Positions 10,217 to 21,004 of a stretch of DNA of 64,000 nt are shown here, one piece after another. The position numbers were made by a program, and so were the translations under genes. The notes beneath the pieces were generated by a model. It made no database searches and had not been told where the DNA came from. It was given only the letters and a program-made list of their open reading frames with translations. The stretch spans positions 160,001 to 224,000 of the forward strand of contig JBBQFN010000002.1 of the NCBI GenBank assembly GCA_038321985.1, given 5' to 3'. The stretch is from Cyanophyceae cyanobacterium (GTDB lineage Bacteria > Cyanobacteriota > Cyanobacteriia > Cyanobacteriales > Laspinemataceae). Position 1 is the first letter of the stretch. Each line of letters starts with the position of its first letter.

Positions 10217-10771
10217 AATCGGTTCTCTGGAAAGTATTCAATAAATAGGGGTAGGTAACGTTGGGAGTTGGATTCCGCATAGAACGCTGGGTTAAGCGTT
10301 TCCAAAAGTTCAAAGTGACTTGAAAAAAACGGTCAACACCGGTTTTATGTCCGGGTTTATCCCTGCTTCAGATTTAACCATCAAAGGAGGTCAAAACTCT
10401 ATTTCCTTCAAAAATTTTTCTCCTGAATTGTTGCTGGTTTAACTGTTGCGGGGGTGCGGTACACCCCTTCCCCAAAAAATAGTTCAATAGTCCGGGTTCG
10501 AGAACCTGATAGGAAAAAAAATAGTGTGGGACTGAAAAACGCTTGTTTTGTGAATTACTCGAAAGATTCGAGTTGACAAAACGGCTTTCTTCCTGGGCAT
10601 CCTCAAGGGCGATCGCCTTCTAGATAAAGAAGGCTCAGTGCAGGAGATGCGGGTTTACCTCCCTGTCCTATCCAGCCTGACCTTGGACCCTGGCGATTCG
10701 GTAGAAACTCCAGTTGCCTTGGATTCCTGTTTGGTTGAGGATTCATAACTGCTTTAATTTTCACTATACGG

Positions 10772-10825
10772 GGGTTTAATCCAATTAAAATCCCTCTTAA
10801 GAGGGATTTTAATTGGATTAAACCC
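10772..10825. repeat. Perfect 54-bp palindrome
   Basis: gggtttaatccaattaaaatccctctt|aagagggattttaattggattaaaccc; 27-bp arms, no spacer, no mismatch. Confidence 0.95.
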
Positions 10826-11392
10826 AAAAAAGATATAAGCCAAAATAGAATCACTTATTAAATAAAAATTGTTTTGCTGATTTAAAGAGAGTTTTTATAA
10901 AAAAGCGGAGTAGAACTAAGGCCATAATACTTGGCTAGGCAGGGGTTAAAATTTTAGGTTGGATAGAGAAAAAACTGAGTACGGCTTCTTCAGTTTTATT
11001 TCCCTTGGAGGAGAGTTTTGTGGAGAACCAAGGTTAGCGATCGCCTTGGCAAAAGGAAATCCGGATCTGGCAGATGCTCTAGGGCCACTGTAGCAACCGA
11101 TTAGGGTGGCAGCCAAGAGATAACCTAGATGCCCAGCCTATTACAACCGGCAATCTCCGCGTAGGGGCGCTTGGGTAGAGAACCATCTAAAATCCATTTC
11201 AGCCGGCCTATAAATTGCGATTTCCTCGGGCAAAGGCATCGGCTGCTCCAACCCCCTGCTCAGAAGAGTAAAATTTAATCCGGTATCCCCTGTGCCTAAT
11301 TTTTCTAAAACTAGAGAAAATGTGGTAGAATGACGTTGTGTGAGCCTAGAGAACAGTCCTGTCCTTTCACTCTAAAGACACAGAAGACATAG

Positions 11393-11629
11393 ATGTTTAA
11401 AACCACCTTAATTACAGGCTCGATCATCCTAGCATTCGTCTATATCGGATTTGGAGATCAACTTACGTTTCTCCCTAAAGATATGCAGACAAAAAGCTAC
11501 GAAACTCGGACTAGCCTCACGAAATTTGGCAACGGACTCGTCCCGAAATGGGTTTCTAGGACCAAAGATAAACCGGATTCGTTTGAACGCACAGAAGAAC
11601 AGCTGAAGCAAGAACAAAAGGGTAAGTGA
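11393..11629 (+). CDS. Small hypothetical protein with N-terminal hydrophobic segment
   Basis: 78 aa, ATG start, ...FVYIGFGD; converges on ilvC across a hairpin. Confidence 0.7.
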   Translation: MFKTTLITGSIILAFVYIGFGDQLTFLPKDMQTKSYETRTSLTKFGNGLVPKWVSRTKDKPDSFERTEEQLKQEQKGK

Positions 11630-11673
11630 TGGAATTTCACGAGTCCCCAAACCTTGGTGAATTCAATTATAAG

Positions 11674-11706
11674 ACAGACGCGCTCTAGAGCGCGTCTGTG
11701 TTTTTT
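11674..11706. terminator. Hairpin terminator between convergent genes
   Basis: Perfect acagacgcgctct/agagcgcgtctgt followed by a T-run. Confidence 0.7.
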
Positions 11707-11719
11707 CTACTTCAGCCGC

Positions 11720-12769
<1,050 letters not shown>

Positions 12770-12903
12770 TCAGATAAAGGAAATGATTTCTATGCAAATT
12801 TCAAGGTTGAGGGGTGGAAAAGAGGGTTCTCTCTGTTTCCTTCGGCTTAAAGCTACTCTAGAAATCGTAGGCTGACAATCATTTCCCAGGAAGGATAGAA
12901 CCG

Positions 12904-13536
12904 ATGGATGAAGTGGTAAAAAAGGTGGCCGCTTTGGGACTGCCTGGAATCATTCTGGCGATCGCCATGGCAACCACGGGGTTAACGGGTGCAGCGGCGA
13001 TCGCCGCTGCCTTAGCCATGTTGGGAGGTCCGGCAGGGATGCTTGGCGGCATTGGCGTCTTGAGTATCACCGGGTTAATTGCAGATTATCTGACCCGGGA
13101 AAGTATCGAACAGTTACTTACCGATGTTTATCGCATCCGTTCTCGTACCGAACGCACTCAAACCGTTTTAGGCGAGTTGGCACTGTTGCCGATTTCGGAA
13201 GAGTTGAAATCTCGCTTGGAGTGGGAGGTTCGCCAAGTCGGCAACCAACAAGCCAATTTTGCCACCTCGATTTCCCCGATCACCCAGGAGGCGATCGCCA
13301 TTTTAAACCAGGTTCGGGGAATCAACTATGCCTCAGAAAGCGACTTGAAAAATTCCCGACCCGTTTTTGTCCTGCGCGATGGCACCGTCGTTCGCACCTG
13401 GAAAAATCTGTTGGGAATTGACCATATTTTCTTAGCTGATGCCCAGGGGAATATCATTTATGGGGGGTTTGTCAGTTGGTTTGATAGCGACTCCCTGAGT
13501 GATGCGATCGCCCGGATGCGCACGGATTTTACTTAA
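12904..13536 (+). CDS. Hypothetical protein: N-terminal Gly/Ala-rich hydrophobic helices plus soluble C-terminal domain
   Basis: 210-aa ORF with RBS-like aggaagga; glycine-zipper-like N-terminus. Confidence 0.7.
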   Translation: MDEVVKKVAALGLPGIILAIAMATTGLTGAAAIAAALAMLGGPAGMLGGIGVLSITGLIADYLTRESIEQLLTDVYRIRSRTERTQTVLGELALLPISEELKSRLEWEVRQVGNQQANFATSISPITQEAIAILNQVRGINYASESDLKNSRPVFVLRDGTVVRTWKNLLGIDHIFLADAQGNIIYGGFVSWFDSDSLSDAIARMRTDFT

Positions 13537-13691
13537 CCTGACGATGAAACGAATTGCATCCTTCAAAAAAGCGCTGCCCCCGACTTCCCTTAATCCGAGG
13601 GGAGTTGCCGGAAAGTTGCAAGGTTTTGATGGATTTGGCAACGCCTGAAACAGTGTCCTTGAGAAAGATTGCGATAAACTAAGTAAAACTT

Positions 13692-14309
13692 ATGTTAGTG
13701 GTGTTTGCTGTGACTCAAAACAGGGCAAATGTCAACAACCGAAAACCCCCGATGCCACCGGGTACCCTATCGGCACTGAATTATTATGCATTGCTGGGCC
13801 TCTCCAATGGGGCGACGATACCGGAAATTCGGAGAGCTTATCGGGAACTGAGCAAGCGCTATCATCCAGATACGTCCAATCTCCCCCAAGAGGAAGCTCG
13901 GGAAAAATTCCAACAGCTTAAGGATGCCTATACAACCCTGAGTAATGACCGAGAACGTCACCTCTATGACGTGAAACTGAGGCTAGAGCGGGATGGAATT
14001 GGGGGCAATGGGGTAACATTACCTCCAAACTGGAAGCGCACCCCTGATTCTGCTCCCGGGAGGTCTACGGGAACATCTCGGGAACCCTCAGAGCGTCCCC
14101 TATCCCCTGGGGAGTTGTTTGTTTTATTAATTTTGGGCGTCACTTTGGTTGGCTGTTTGTTGCTGGCGATCGCCCTGGGGCTAACTCGCGAAAATCTCCC
14201 CTTACCCTCTCAGACTCAGGGTTCGTTCTCGATGCCAGTACAATCGGCGATCGCCTGGGATGGGAGAATTAACCGATCCGACTCTGATCCGACTCCGATC
14301 CAACTTTGA
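13692..14309 (+). CDS. J-domain (DnaJ type III) membrane protein
   Basis: YYALLG..IRRAYRELSKRYHPD..AY.TL; TM near C-terminus; start uncertain. Confidence 0.88.
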   Translation: MLVVFAVTQNRANVNNRKPPMPPGTLSALNYYALLGLSNGATIPEIRRAYRELSKRYHPDTSNLPQEEAREKFQQLKDAYTTLSNDRERHLYDVKLRLERDGIGGNGVTLPPNWKRTPDSAPGRSTGTSREPSERPLSPGELFVLLILGVTLVGCLLLAIALGLTRENLPLPSQTQGSFSMPVQSAIAWDGRINRSDSDPTPIQL

Positions 14310-14418
14310 GGTTGAACCCGTGAGATGCCCTTTTTATAATAAATAGAGCAGGCGGCGACTGCGCCCGGTGAATCCAAACTGAGCAAAACTTCTAAACTTG
14401 ATAAAGGCTAACTTTTTT

Positions 14419-14691
14419 ATGACATTACCTTCACCGGATACCCCGCTTTATAACCATGCCCTGACTGCGATCGAGCAATGGTTAGAAGAGCAAGGATGCG
14501 AACAAGATGATACAGAACTGCACTGTTGGCGCGTAGAACGCCCGAGTTGGAACGCAGAACTCGTGCTAGATGTTGATCGCGTTAGCGTACGTTATCTTAA
14601 TGCCGAGGATGGGGTGCAAGATGTTCAACGCTCCTTCAAATATTCCCTAAGTCGGCGAGATATTGAAGAAGCGATTTTTAGTGGGCCCTAG
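14419..14691 (+). CDS. DUF3143 family protein
   Basis: LPSPDTPLYNH.L..IE.WL...F.YSLSR.DIE.AIFSGP. Confidence 0.85.
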   Translation: MTLPSPDTPLYNHALTAIEQWLEEQGCEQDDTELHCWRVERPSWNAELVLDVDRVSVRYLNAEDGVQDVQRSFKYSLSRRDIEEAIFSGP

Positions 14692-14774
14692 AAGGAGGGG
14701 GAAGAGGGAGAGATTTAAGCAAGCTAGATCAAGGACCCAGGACCCCTGAGATGAGACCCCCTTGGAGGAAGAGC

Positions 14775-15524
14775 TTAAACCTTGCCAAAACGCCGCTCGC
14801 GCTTTTGATAGGAACGCAAGGCATAATGGAACTCTTCGCGGTTAAAATCAGGCCAAAGGGTTTCGGTGACGTAGAGCTCTGAGTAGGCGACTTGCCAGAG
14901 GAGAAAATTGCTTAGACGCATTTCGCCACTGGTGCGGATCAACAAGTCGGGGTCCCCAACATCTGAGGTGTAGAGATGACGTTCAAATAAGGCTTCATCG
15001 ATTTGTTCCGGTTGGATGAGACCCTGCTGTACCTGTTGAGCGATCGCCCGACAAGCTTGGACAATTTCTTGGCGTCCCCCGTAATTCGTAGCGATGGAAA
15101 AATGAATACCCTTATTGTTACGGGTATTCTCAACGGAACGAGAGATTTCTTCTTGGAGGGATTTGGGCAACGACGCTAAGTTTCCGACAAAGTTAATTCG
15201 GACATTTTCCTCCATCATCTCCTGGAGTTCTTGGCGCAGGACCCGCTCAAACAGGGTCATTAAAAAATTGACTTCCTCTAAGGGACGCCCCCAATTTTCG
15301 CTAGAAAAGGCATAAACCGTTAAGGCTTGAATTCCCCAATCCCGACAGCAACGCAGGAGGTCTTTGAGGGTATCGACTCCCCGCCGATGTCCCATAAACC
15401 GGGGCATTCCATGAAGCTTTGCCCACCGACCATTTCCATCCATAATCACTGCTACGTGCTTGGGGAGTCTCTCGCGATCAAGGTCAGCAGGCAACTCTTG
15501 TAAGGTTGATGGCTTGGTAATCAT
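14775..15524 (-). CDS. uppS: cis-prenyltransferase (undecaprenyl diphosphate synthase)
   Basis: [47 protein letters not shown]. Confidence 0.96.
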   Translation of the reverse strand: MITKPSTLQELPADLDRERLPKHVAVIMDGNGRWAKLHGMPRFMGHRRGVDTLKDLLRCCRDWGIQALTVYAFSSENWGRPLEEVNFLMTLFERVLRQELQEMMEENVRINFVGNLASLPKSLQEEISRSVENTRNNKGIHFSIATNYGGRQEIVQACRAIAQQVQQGLIQPEQIDEALFERHLYTSDVGDPDLLIRTSGEMRLSNFLLWQVAYSELYVTETLWPDFNREEFHYALRSYQKRERRFGKV

Positions 15525-16477
15525 TTTTTCTCCCGTGAAGCCGATGATGGAAGACGGAGCAAGCGTAGCACGAGTGCCACCCCTTTGAATACTAACTGAC
15601 GACCTAAATTTCGCAGATCCGGAGCAACGGTTTCCCGTTCCACGCTTTGCGAAAATCGGGCTTGTAGTAGTTCTTTCAGTTTACTGCTGGTTAAAGGTCG
15701 ATTCAGTACACCCTTTTCCGCGAGGGAAATTGAGCCGGTTTCCTCAGAAACAACAACGCAAACACAGTTTTCAACTCGTTCAGTAATTCCCATTGCGGCC
15801 CGATGTCGGGTTCCTAACTGCCGGGAAGCGGTGCGATCGGACAACGGCAGAATCACCCCTGCTGCCATAATCCGAGAGGCACGAATTAACAGCGCCCCAT
15901 CATGCAAGAGGGTACTGGTCTGAAAAATGGTCTGCAATAGTTCTTTTGAGACTTCGGCATTGATTTTTACCCCAGGAACCGAAAAATCTCGTTCGTCTAT
16001 AGGACCGCTAGTTTCTAGAATCATCAAAGCGCCGGTACGGTTTTGGGAAAGCTCCTTAACTGCATCGACGATTTCATCAATTACACTATCGGGTTTGGGA
16101 ATAATCTGGCGGTAGGGTTGAAACAGTTGGCGGATTTCTCCTTTACCCAGTTGTTCCAGAAATCGGCGGAACTCTGACTGAAGAATAACCGCCATTGCGA
16201 CTGCCGAACCTAATACTAAGTTAGTTAAGACAAAACTCAACAACTTCATTTCAAGGCGGCTACTGATAGCTGCTGCAACCATCAGAATGATAAACCCGCG
16301 AACGATCCAGAGGGTCCGGCGTTCCCCAATGATGACGAGCACCATATAGGTCAGGGCCAGCACTAAGATGATATCAAGCGGACCTTTGAGCCATTGCCTC
16401 CAAATCTGGACGAGGTGAAGCAGCAAGGACTGAGTCCAGTTCGGGTCGATCGACAATTGCTCCCACAAATAGCTCAT
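15521..16477 (-). CDS. cdaA: Diadenylate cyclase CdaA
   Basis: N-terminal TM helices; LHDGA and GTRHRAA catalytic motifs; VSEETG; 4-nt overlap with uppS. Confidence 0.95.
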   Translation of the reverse strand: MSYLWEQLSIDPNWTQSLLLHLVQIWRQWLKGPLDIILVLALTYMVLVIIGERRTLWIVRGFIILMVAAAISSRLEMKLLSFVLTNLVLGSAVAMAVILQSEFRRFLEQLGKGEIRQLFQPYRQIIPKPDSVIDEIVDAVKELSQNRTGALMILETSGPIDERDFSVPGVKINAEVSKELLQTIFQTSTLLHDGALLIRASRIMAAGVILPLSDRTASRQLGTRHRAAMGITERVENCVCVVVSEETGSISLAEKGVLNRPLTSSKLKELLQARFSQSVERETVAPDLRNLGRQLVFKGVALVLRLLRLPSSASREKK

Positions 16478-16699
16478 CGGATCTCGATTAACCTTGCGCT
16501 TCTACATGATGAGACTGATAGGCTGGCAATCTCGCCAGCCTTTTGTTTGTTGATGGGGTTTAACCCATTTTATTTTGGGGTGACTCGGTGTCAACACTGG
16601 GCGATCGCCCCTAACTGGAATCAGTTTTTAACCCTTTACCGGCTTGAACTCCAGAAGTTTTAATGGCTTGCACCGCTTGTACTTTCCCCGGAATTGCTC

Positions 16700-18109
16700 T
16701 TAACTCGGATGAGTCAGGCGTTCGGGTAGGCGATCTTGTCGAATTAAATCTTCGTAAGTTTCCCGGGCCAAGATGATATTAGCAATCCCATCTTTGACTA
16801 ATACGGCAGCAGGTCTCGGCACGCGATTATAATTTGAGGCCATGCTGTAATTGTAAGCACCTGTTGCCATCACGACTAAAATATCACCGCTTTCAGTTTC
16901 TGGCAGGTGGGCTTGCTGAATTACGATATCCCCGGATTCGCAATGCTTACCGGCTATAGTAACAGTTTCGGTCAGGGGTGCGGACATCCGATTGGCAATC
17001 ACCGATCGATAGACGGACTGGTAGGTAATCGGACGGGGGTTATCAGACATCCCGCCATCGACGGAGAGATAGGTACGGATTCCGGGAACCTGTTTTTGTG
17101 CGCCTATGGTGTAGGCGGTTACGCAGGCTGGACCAATGAGCGATCGCCCGGGTTCACACAGCAATTTCGGTAAGGGTACTTGTTGGGACTCACAGGCTTC
17201 GGTAATTGCTTCGCTAACTCCTTTCACCCATTCCTCAATGCTCGGCGGATCATCGGATTCGGTATAGCGAATGCCTAATCCGCCTCCGACATTCAGCTCG
17301 GTGATGGGTAATTGATAGGTAGCAGCTTTTTTTAACCACTGTACCATCACTCCAGCCAGGTCCCGATGAGGTTGCCGTTCAAAAATTTGGGATCCGATAT
17401 GGGCGTGTAAGCCAATGCAGCTTAGGACGGGGTGCTGTTGAACAAATTCAAAGACTTGCTCGATTTGGTCGGGATCGAAGCCAAATTTACTGTCGAGATG
17501 TCCGGTACGAATATATTCGTGGGTGTGACACTCGATGCCCGGTGTGAACCGCAGCATGATCCGGATGGAAGGGTGGGCAGTTTCGGTGGCGATCGCCACT
17601 AAGTGATGCAAATCCTGCCAGTTGTCGGCAACGACGGTAGTGCCACTCGCGACGGCAAGCTGCACCTCTTCTTTAGACTTGTTGTTGCCGTGGAGGTAAA
17701 TTTTTTCCGGCTGTAAACCGGCTTCTAGGGCCGTGTACAGTTCACCGCCACTGACTACATCAATCCCTAGACTTTCTTGGGCAACGATCGCGCAAATTGC
17801 CAAACAATTCCAGGCTTTAGAGGCATACAAGACTTGAGACTGACCTTTATAGTAGCGGGCAAATAAGTCCCGATACTGTCTTGCCCCTTCCCGCAGGGTG
17901 TCTTCGTCCAAAATATAAAGCGGCGAACCGAATTGCTCGACCAAAGTTATGACATCACAGCCGCCTATTTCTAAGCGATCCAGTTCATTTGACCGGGCTG
18001 TGAGGGGGAACAGTTCCTGATTGGGCGATCGCTTCTCGGTTGCGCTATTCGATTGAGTTAGATACTGACGGCCTGTTTTTTGAACCGTCTGGGTTTGAAT
18101 GGATACCAT
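16700..18109 (-). CDS. lysA: Diaminopimelate decarboxylase
   Basis: YASKA, HAHIGSQ, NVGGG, EPGR, CESGD, TGAY.YSMASNYN; ATG at 18109 avoids overlap with rimI. Confidence 0.96.
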   Translation of the reverse strand: MVSIQTQTVQKTGRQYLTQSNSATEKRSPNQELFPLTARSNELDRLEIGGCDVITLVEQFGSPLYILDEDTLREGARQYRDLFARYYKGQSQVLYASKAWNCLAICAIVAQESLGIDVVSGGELYTALEAGLQPEKIYLHGNNKSKEEVQLAVASGTTVVADNWQDLHHLVAIATETAHPSIRIMLRFTPGIECHTHEYIRTGHLDSKFGFDPDQIEQVFEFVQQHPVLSCIGLHAHIGSQIFERQPHRDLAGVMVQWLKKAATYQLPITELNVGGGLGIRYTESDDPPSIEEWVKGVSEAITEACESQQVPLPKLLCEPGRSLIGPACVTAYTIGAQKQVPGIRTYLSVDGGMSDNPRPITYQSVYRSVIANRMSAPLTETVTIAGKHCESGDIVIQQAHLPETESGDILVVMATGAYNYSMASNYNRVPRPAAVLVKDGIANIILARETYEDLIRQDRLPERLTHPS

Positions 18110-18209
18110 ATTTAAGAATTTGTATGGGGTTACGTCGAGCAAGGTAAGTGGCTTCGTTTTCCAGTGTACAATCGTCTCTTGTCCTTTCTCCTTAAACCTA
18201 GGCTGTTTT

Positions 18210-18791
18210 GTGCCTGTTTTATTACTTAACCGACTCACACCGGATCTGCTGGAGTCTGTGGTGGAACTCGATAAGCGTTCTTTGGGTGGAATGTGGAGCT
18301 TCGATGCTTATCAGCGCGAGTTCAACAGTCCAAACAGCGATTTACTCGTGTTATCGATTGCTCCTGCATCCGACTCGGCTAACTCCCCTGAATTTACTCA
18401 TCCCTCCCCTCTGGTAGGAATCGGTTGTCTCTGGTCGATTCTGGAGGAAGCTCATATCACGGTGCTTGCTATTCATCCCGATTACTGGCATCAAGGTTTC
18501 GGTCAGTCTCTCCTTTATGGGTTGCTGACTTGCGCGCGCCAGCGAGGGTTGGAATGGGCGACCTTAGAAGTGCGTCGATCTAATCAACCCGCCTTGTCTC
18601 TCTACCAAAAATTTGGCTTTAGAGAGGCGGGCTGTCGCAAACGGTACTATAAGGATACGGACGAAGATGCCTTAATTTTTTGGCGTTCGGGTTTGCACAA
18701 ACCAGAATTCACGGAAAGTTTAGGTCAGTGGGAAGTGATGGTGCGCGATCGCCTGAATCATTCGGAGTGGTCTTTATTCATACATCTTTAG
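18210..18791 (+). CDS. rimI: Ribosomal protein S18 alanine N-acetyltransferase (GNAT)
   Basis: EEAHITVLAI, QGFG, LEVR.SN..A..LYQKFGF, RKRYY, EDAL; GTG start at 18210 proposed. Confidence 0.9.
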   Translation: MPVLLLNRLTPDLLESVVELDKRSLGGMWSFDAYQREFNSPNSDLLVLSIAPASDSANSPEFTHPSPLVGIGCLWSILEEAHITVLAIHPDYWHQGFGQSLLYGLLTCARQRGLEWATLEVRRSNQPALSLYQKFGFREAGCRKRYYKDTDEDALIFWRSGLHKPEFTESLGQWEVMVRDRLNHSEWSLFIHL

Positions 18792-19001
18792 GATGATTGC
18801 TTTTTGAGAGTTTTTGCTATAATGTTATCAGGTCTGGTGAAACATTAAAGCTACTTTGAAAAGTTGCGGTTTCATGACGTTAGCAACAGATGACCCTCGG
18901 TCTGACGGTGGAAATCTTCATTTCCGACTTAAATAGGCTTCTTTTTTACCATTCAAGTTTCTCTAGTAAAAACCACCCCAGGGTGTTTAAGGGGTAAATA
19001 T

Positions 19002-19361
19002 ATGACCAAACTGCTGTCTACACTACTGACGTTCGCGGTAGTCAGTCTGAGTTTTACCGCGATGGGACCGGCTACTGCAATGACTCCTGAATTTTTGGTC
19101 GCACAGGGTCCGGAATCAAGTCTAGAGTCTACGGAGACGATGGCTCAAACTGACATGGGCGATCGCGCTGATCTCGAACGGGGTATTAGTGATTTTGAGT
19201 GGGATCTTCCCAATCAAAACCCCCAAACTGAGTTCGGATCTCCAATCTTCCTCCCAATTCGTCTGACTGCTCCTTCCCAGGAAAACGAGTCAGATGGGTT
19301 AGCGGTTAAAATCGACCTCACTAACTTAGATCGGTTAGAACCTGCCCAGGGTCAACGCTGA
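19002..19361 (+). CDS. Hypothetical secreted protein
   Basis: Signal-peptide-like N-terminus; acidic mature part; followed by terminator. Confidence 0.65.
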   Translation: MTKLLSTLLTFAVVSLSFTAMGPATAMTPEFLVAQGPESSLESTETMAQTDMGDRADLERGISDFEWDLPNQNPQTEFGSPIFLPIRLTAPSQENESDGLAVKIDLTNLDRLEPAQGQR

Positions 19362-19381
19362 TTGGTTATCAAGTCAAAGGG

Positions 19382-19411
19382 GAGGATGGCGATCGCCATC
19401 CTCTTTTTTTT
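19382..19411 (+). terminator. Intrinsic terminator centred on HIP1
   Basis: gaggatggcga/tcgccatcctc followed by T8. Confidence 0.75.
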
Positions 19412-19583
19412 CTTTTTTAGTGCTGCACCTATTCTGAATTAATCCTTAACCCCTACCGCGCGAATCCTAACCCCGAAACCTTTCCATTTCTTTAAAAGAA
19501 ACCGGAAAAGAAACAGGTTTTTAAACCCTATATTCCCTCTCCCGAATAAATTCATCCTAAACCGGAAAACTGATTCGAGTATA

Positions 19584-20729
19584 TTAGGCTTTTTTATGCT
19601 TATTAGCCGACCGATAAAAGGGTTTTTTAACCACCGTTCCCGGATAAGTTTTCCCCCTAATTTCTACTTCGATTTGTTGACCGGCTTTAGTCAGTTCTAG
19701 AGGTAAATAAGCCATGGCGATCGCCTTTTCCAAAGTAGGAGACCAACTCCCACTGGTCACTTCTCCCACCCCTTGACCCTGGGATACCACGGGATAACCA
19801 TGACGAGCAATATAACGTCCCTGCATTTCTATTCCCACCAATCGCCGTTTAACCCCTGTTTCCTTCTGTTTTTCTAAGACTTCCCTACCAATAAAATCCT
19901 CTTTCGTATCCAGATGTACCAGCCAACCGAGTCCCGCTTCTAAAGGGGTCGTAGTTTGGTCAATATCTTGACCATAAAGCGCCATTGCAGCTTCTAAACG
20001 TAGGGTATCACGACAACCCAGACCACAGGGAATCACCCCGGCATCTAACAGCGATCGCCACAACATGACTCCGGTTTCTGGATTTACCATCACCTCATAT
20101 CCATCTTCTCCCGTATATCCTGTACGTGCTAAAAACCCATTCCCACCGCATACCGACCCTTGCAAATGTCCGAATGGTTTCACCAAAGATAGATCCACCT
20201 CCACAAACTGTTGAAGTTTTTGCACCGCCTCCGCACCCTGAACCGCGAGTAATACCTTCTGTTTGGATAAATCCTGCAATTCTACATCTGACCCTGAAAG
20301 TTGCGCCAGTAACCAGGCTTTATCTTCTGCACAAGTGGCGGCATTAACGATAACCTGAGCAAAATGCCTTCCTACCTCATCCAGTCCTTGATCATAAAAA
20401 ATAATGTCATCCAGGATGCCGCCATTAGCATTAAGGAGAACTGTATATTGACCCTCACCCGGTTGTAAGCGAGACAGATCCGAGGGGACTAATCCTTGCA
20501 TTTTCGTCAGCAAATCTTTCCCACACAGGGAAAACATCCCCATGTGGGAGATATCGAACATTCCGGAAGCGGTTCGGACTGCTTGATGTTCGGGGTTAAT
20601 TCCCGAAAACTGCACCGGCATTTCCCATCCGGAGAACGTAGTCATCCTGGCATTAAGGGCGATCGCCTCTTCATAGAGGGGAGTTCGCCCGAGAGGTTGT
20701 ACTGTCTCATTTGCTACTTTCGGTGTCAC
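19584..20729 (-). CDS. gcvT: Glycine cleavage system T protein
   Basis: RTPLY, FSGWEMPVQF, FDISHMG, RTGYTGEDGYE, GLGCRDTLRLEA. Confidence 0.97.
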   Translation of the reverse strand: MTPKVANETVQPLGRTPLYEEAIALNARMTTFSGWEMPVQFSGINPEHQAVRTASGMFDISHMGMFSLCGKDLLTKMQGLVPSDLSRLQPGEGQYTVLLNANGGILDDIIFYDQGLDEVGRHFAQVIVNAATCAEDKAWLLAQLSGSDVELQDLSKQKVLLAVQGAEAVQKLQQFVEVDLSLVKPFGHLQGSVCGGNGFLARTGYTGEDGYEVMVNPETGVMLWRSLLDAGVIPCGLGCRDTLRLEAAMALYGQDIDQTTTPLEAGLGWLVHLDTKEDFIGREVLEKQKETGVKRRLVGIEMQGRYIARHGYPVVSQGQGVGEVTSGSWSPTLEKAIAMAYLPLELTKAGQQIEVEIRGKTYPGTVVKKPFYRSANKHKKA

Positions 20730-20903
20730 TGATGAAGACCTCCAAATGGGTTAAATAGTTACTATCTTAGGGGAAATTGGGTAACGCTTTATAAGTATCG
20801 TAACATCAACAGCCAATACGGTTTTGTTTCGCGGTTTGTTTTATCTATTACTCTGCCCTCCTGCCGCAAGCAATCCCTGCCTACAAACTACTCTCTATCC
20901 ATC

Positions 20904-20974
20904 ACTGAGCGCAAAAGTGAGCAGGAGACTGAGCGCAAAAGTGAGCCAGTTTTTCTAGGGGATGAGCTTATGCT
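20904..20974 (+). promoter_or_regulatory. Direct-repeat operator (2x ACTGAGCGCAAAAGTGAGC, giving 4x TGAGC at 12-bp period) plus -10 TATGCT
   Basis: Identical 19-mers at 20904 and 20928; TGAGC at 20906, 20918, 20930, 20942; TATGCT at 20969-20974; ATG at 21005. Confidence 0.7.
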
Positions 20975-21004
20975 GAAGACAACATAGAAATAGAGGTTAA
21001 TTTT

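Noticed and set aside
10603..10854. 83-aa minus ORF spanning the palindrome
   Set aside because: Non-ATG start, no family features; likely spurious
18099..18238. Apparent head-to-head overlap of lysA and rimI
   Set aside because: Caused by longest-ORF starts; ATG 18109 and GTG 18210 remove the overlap
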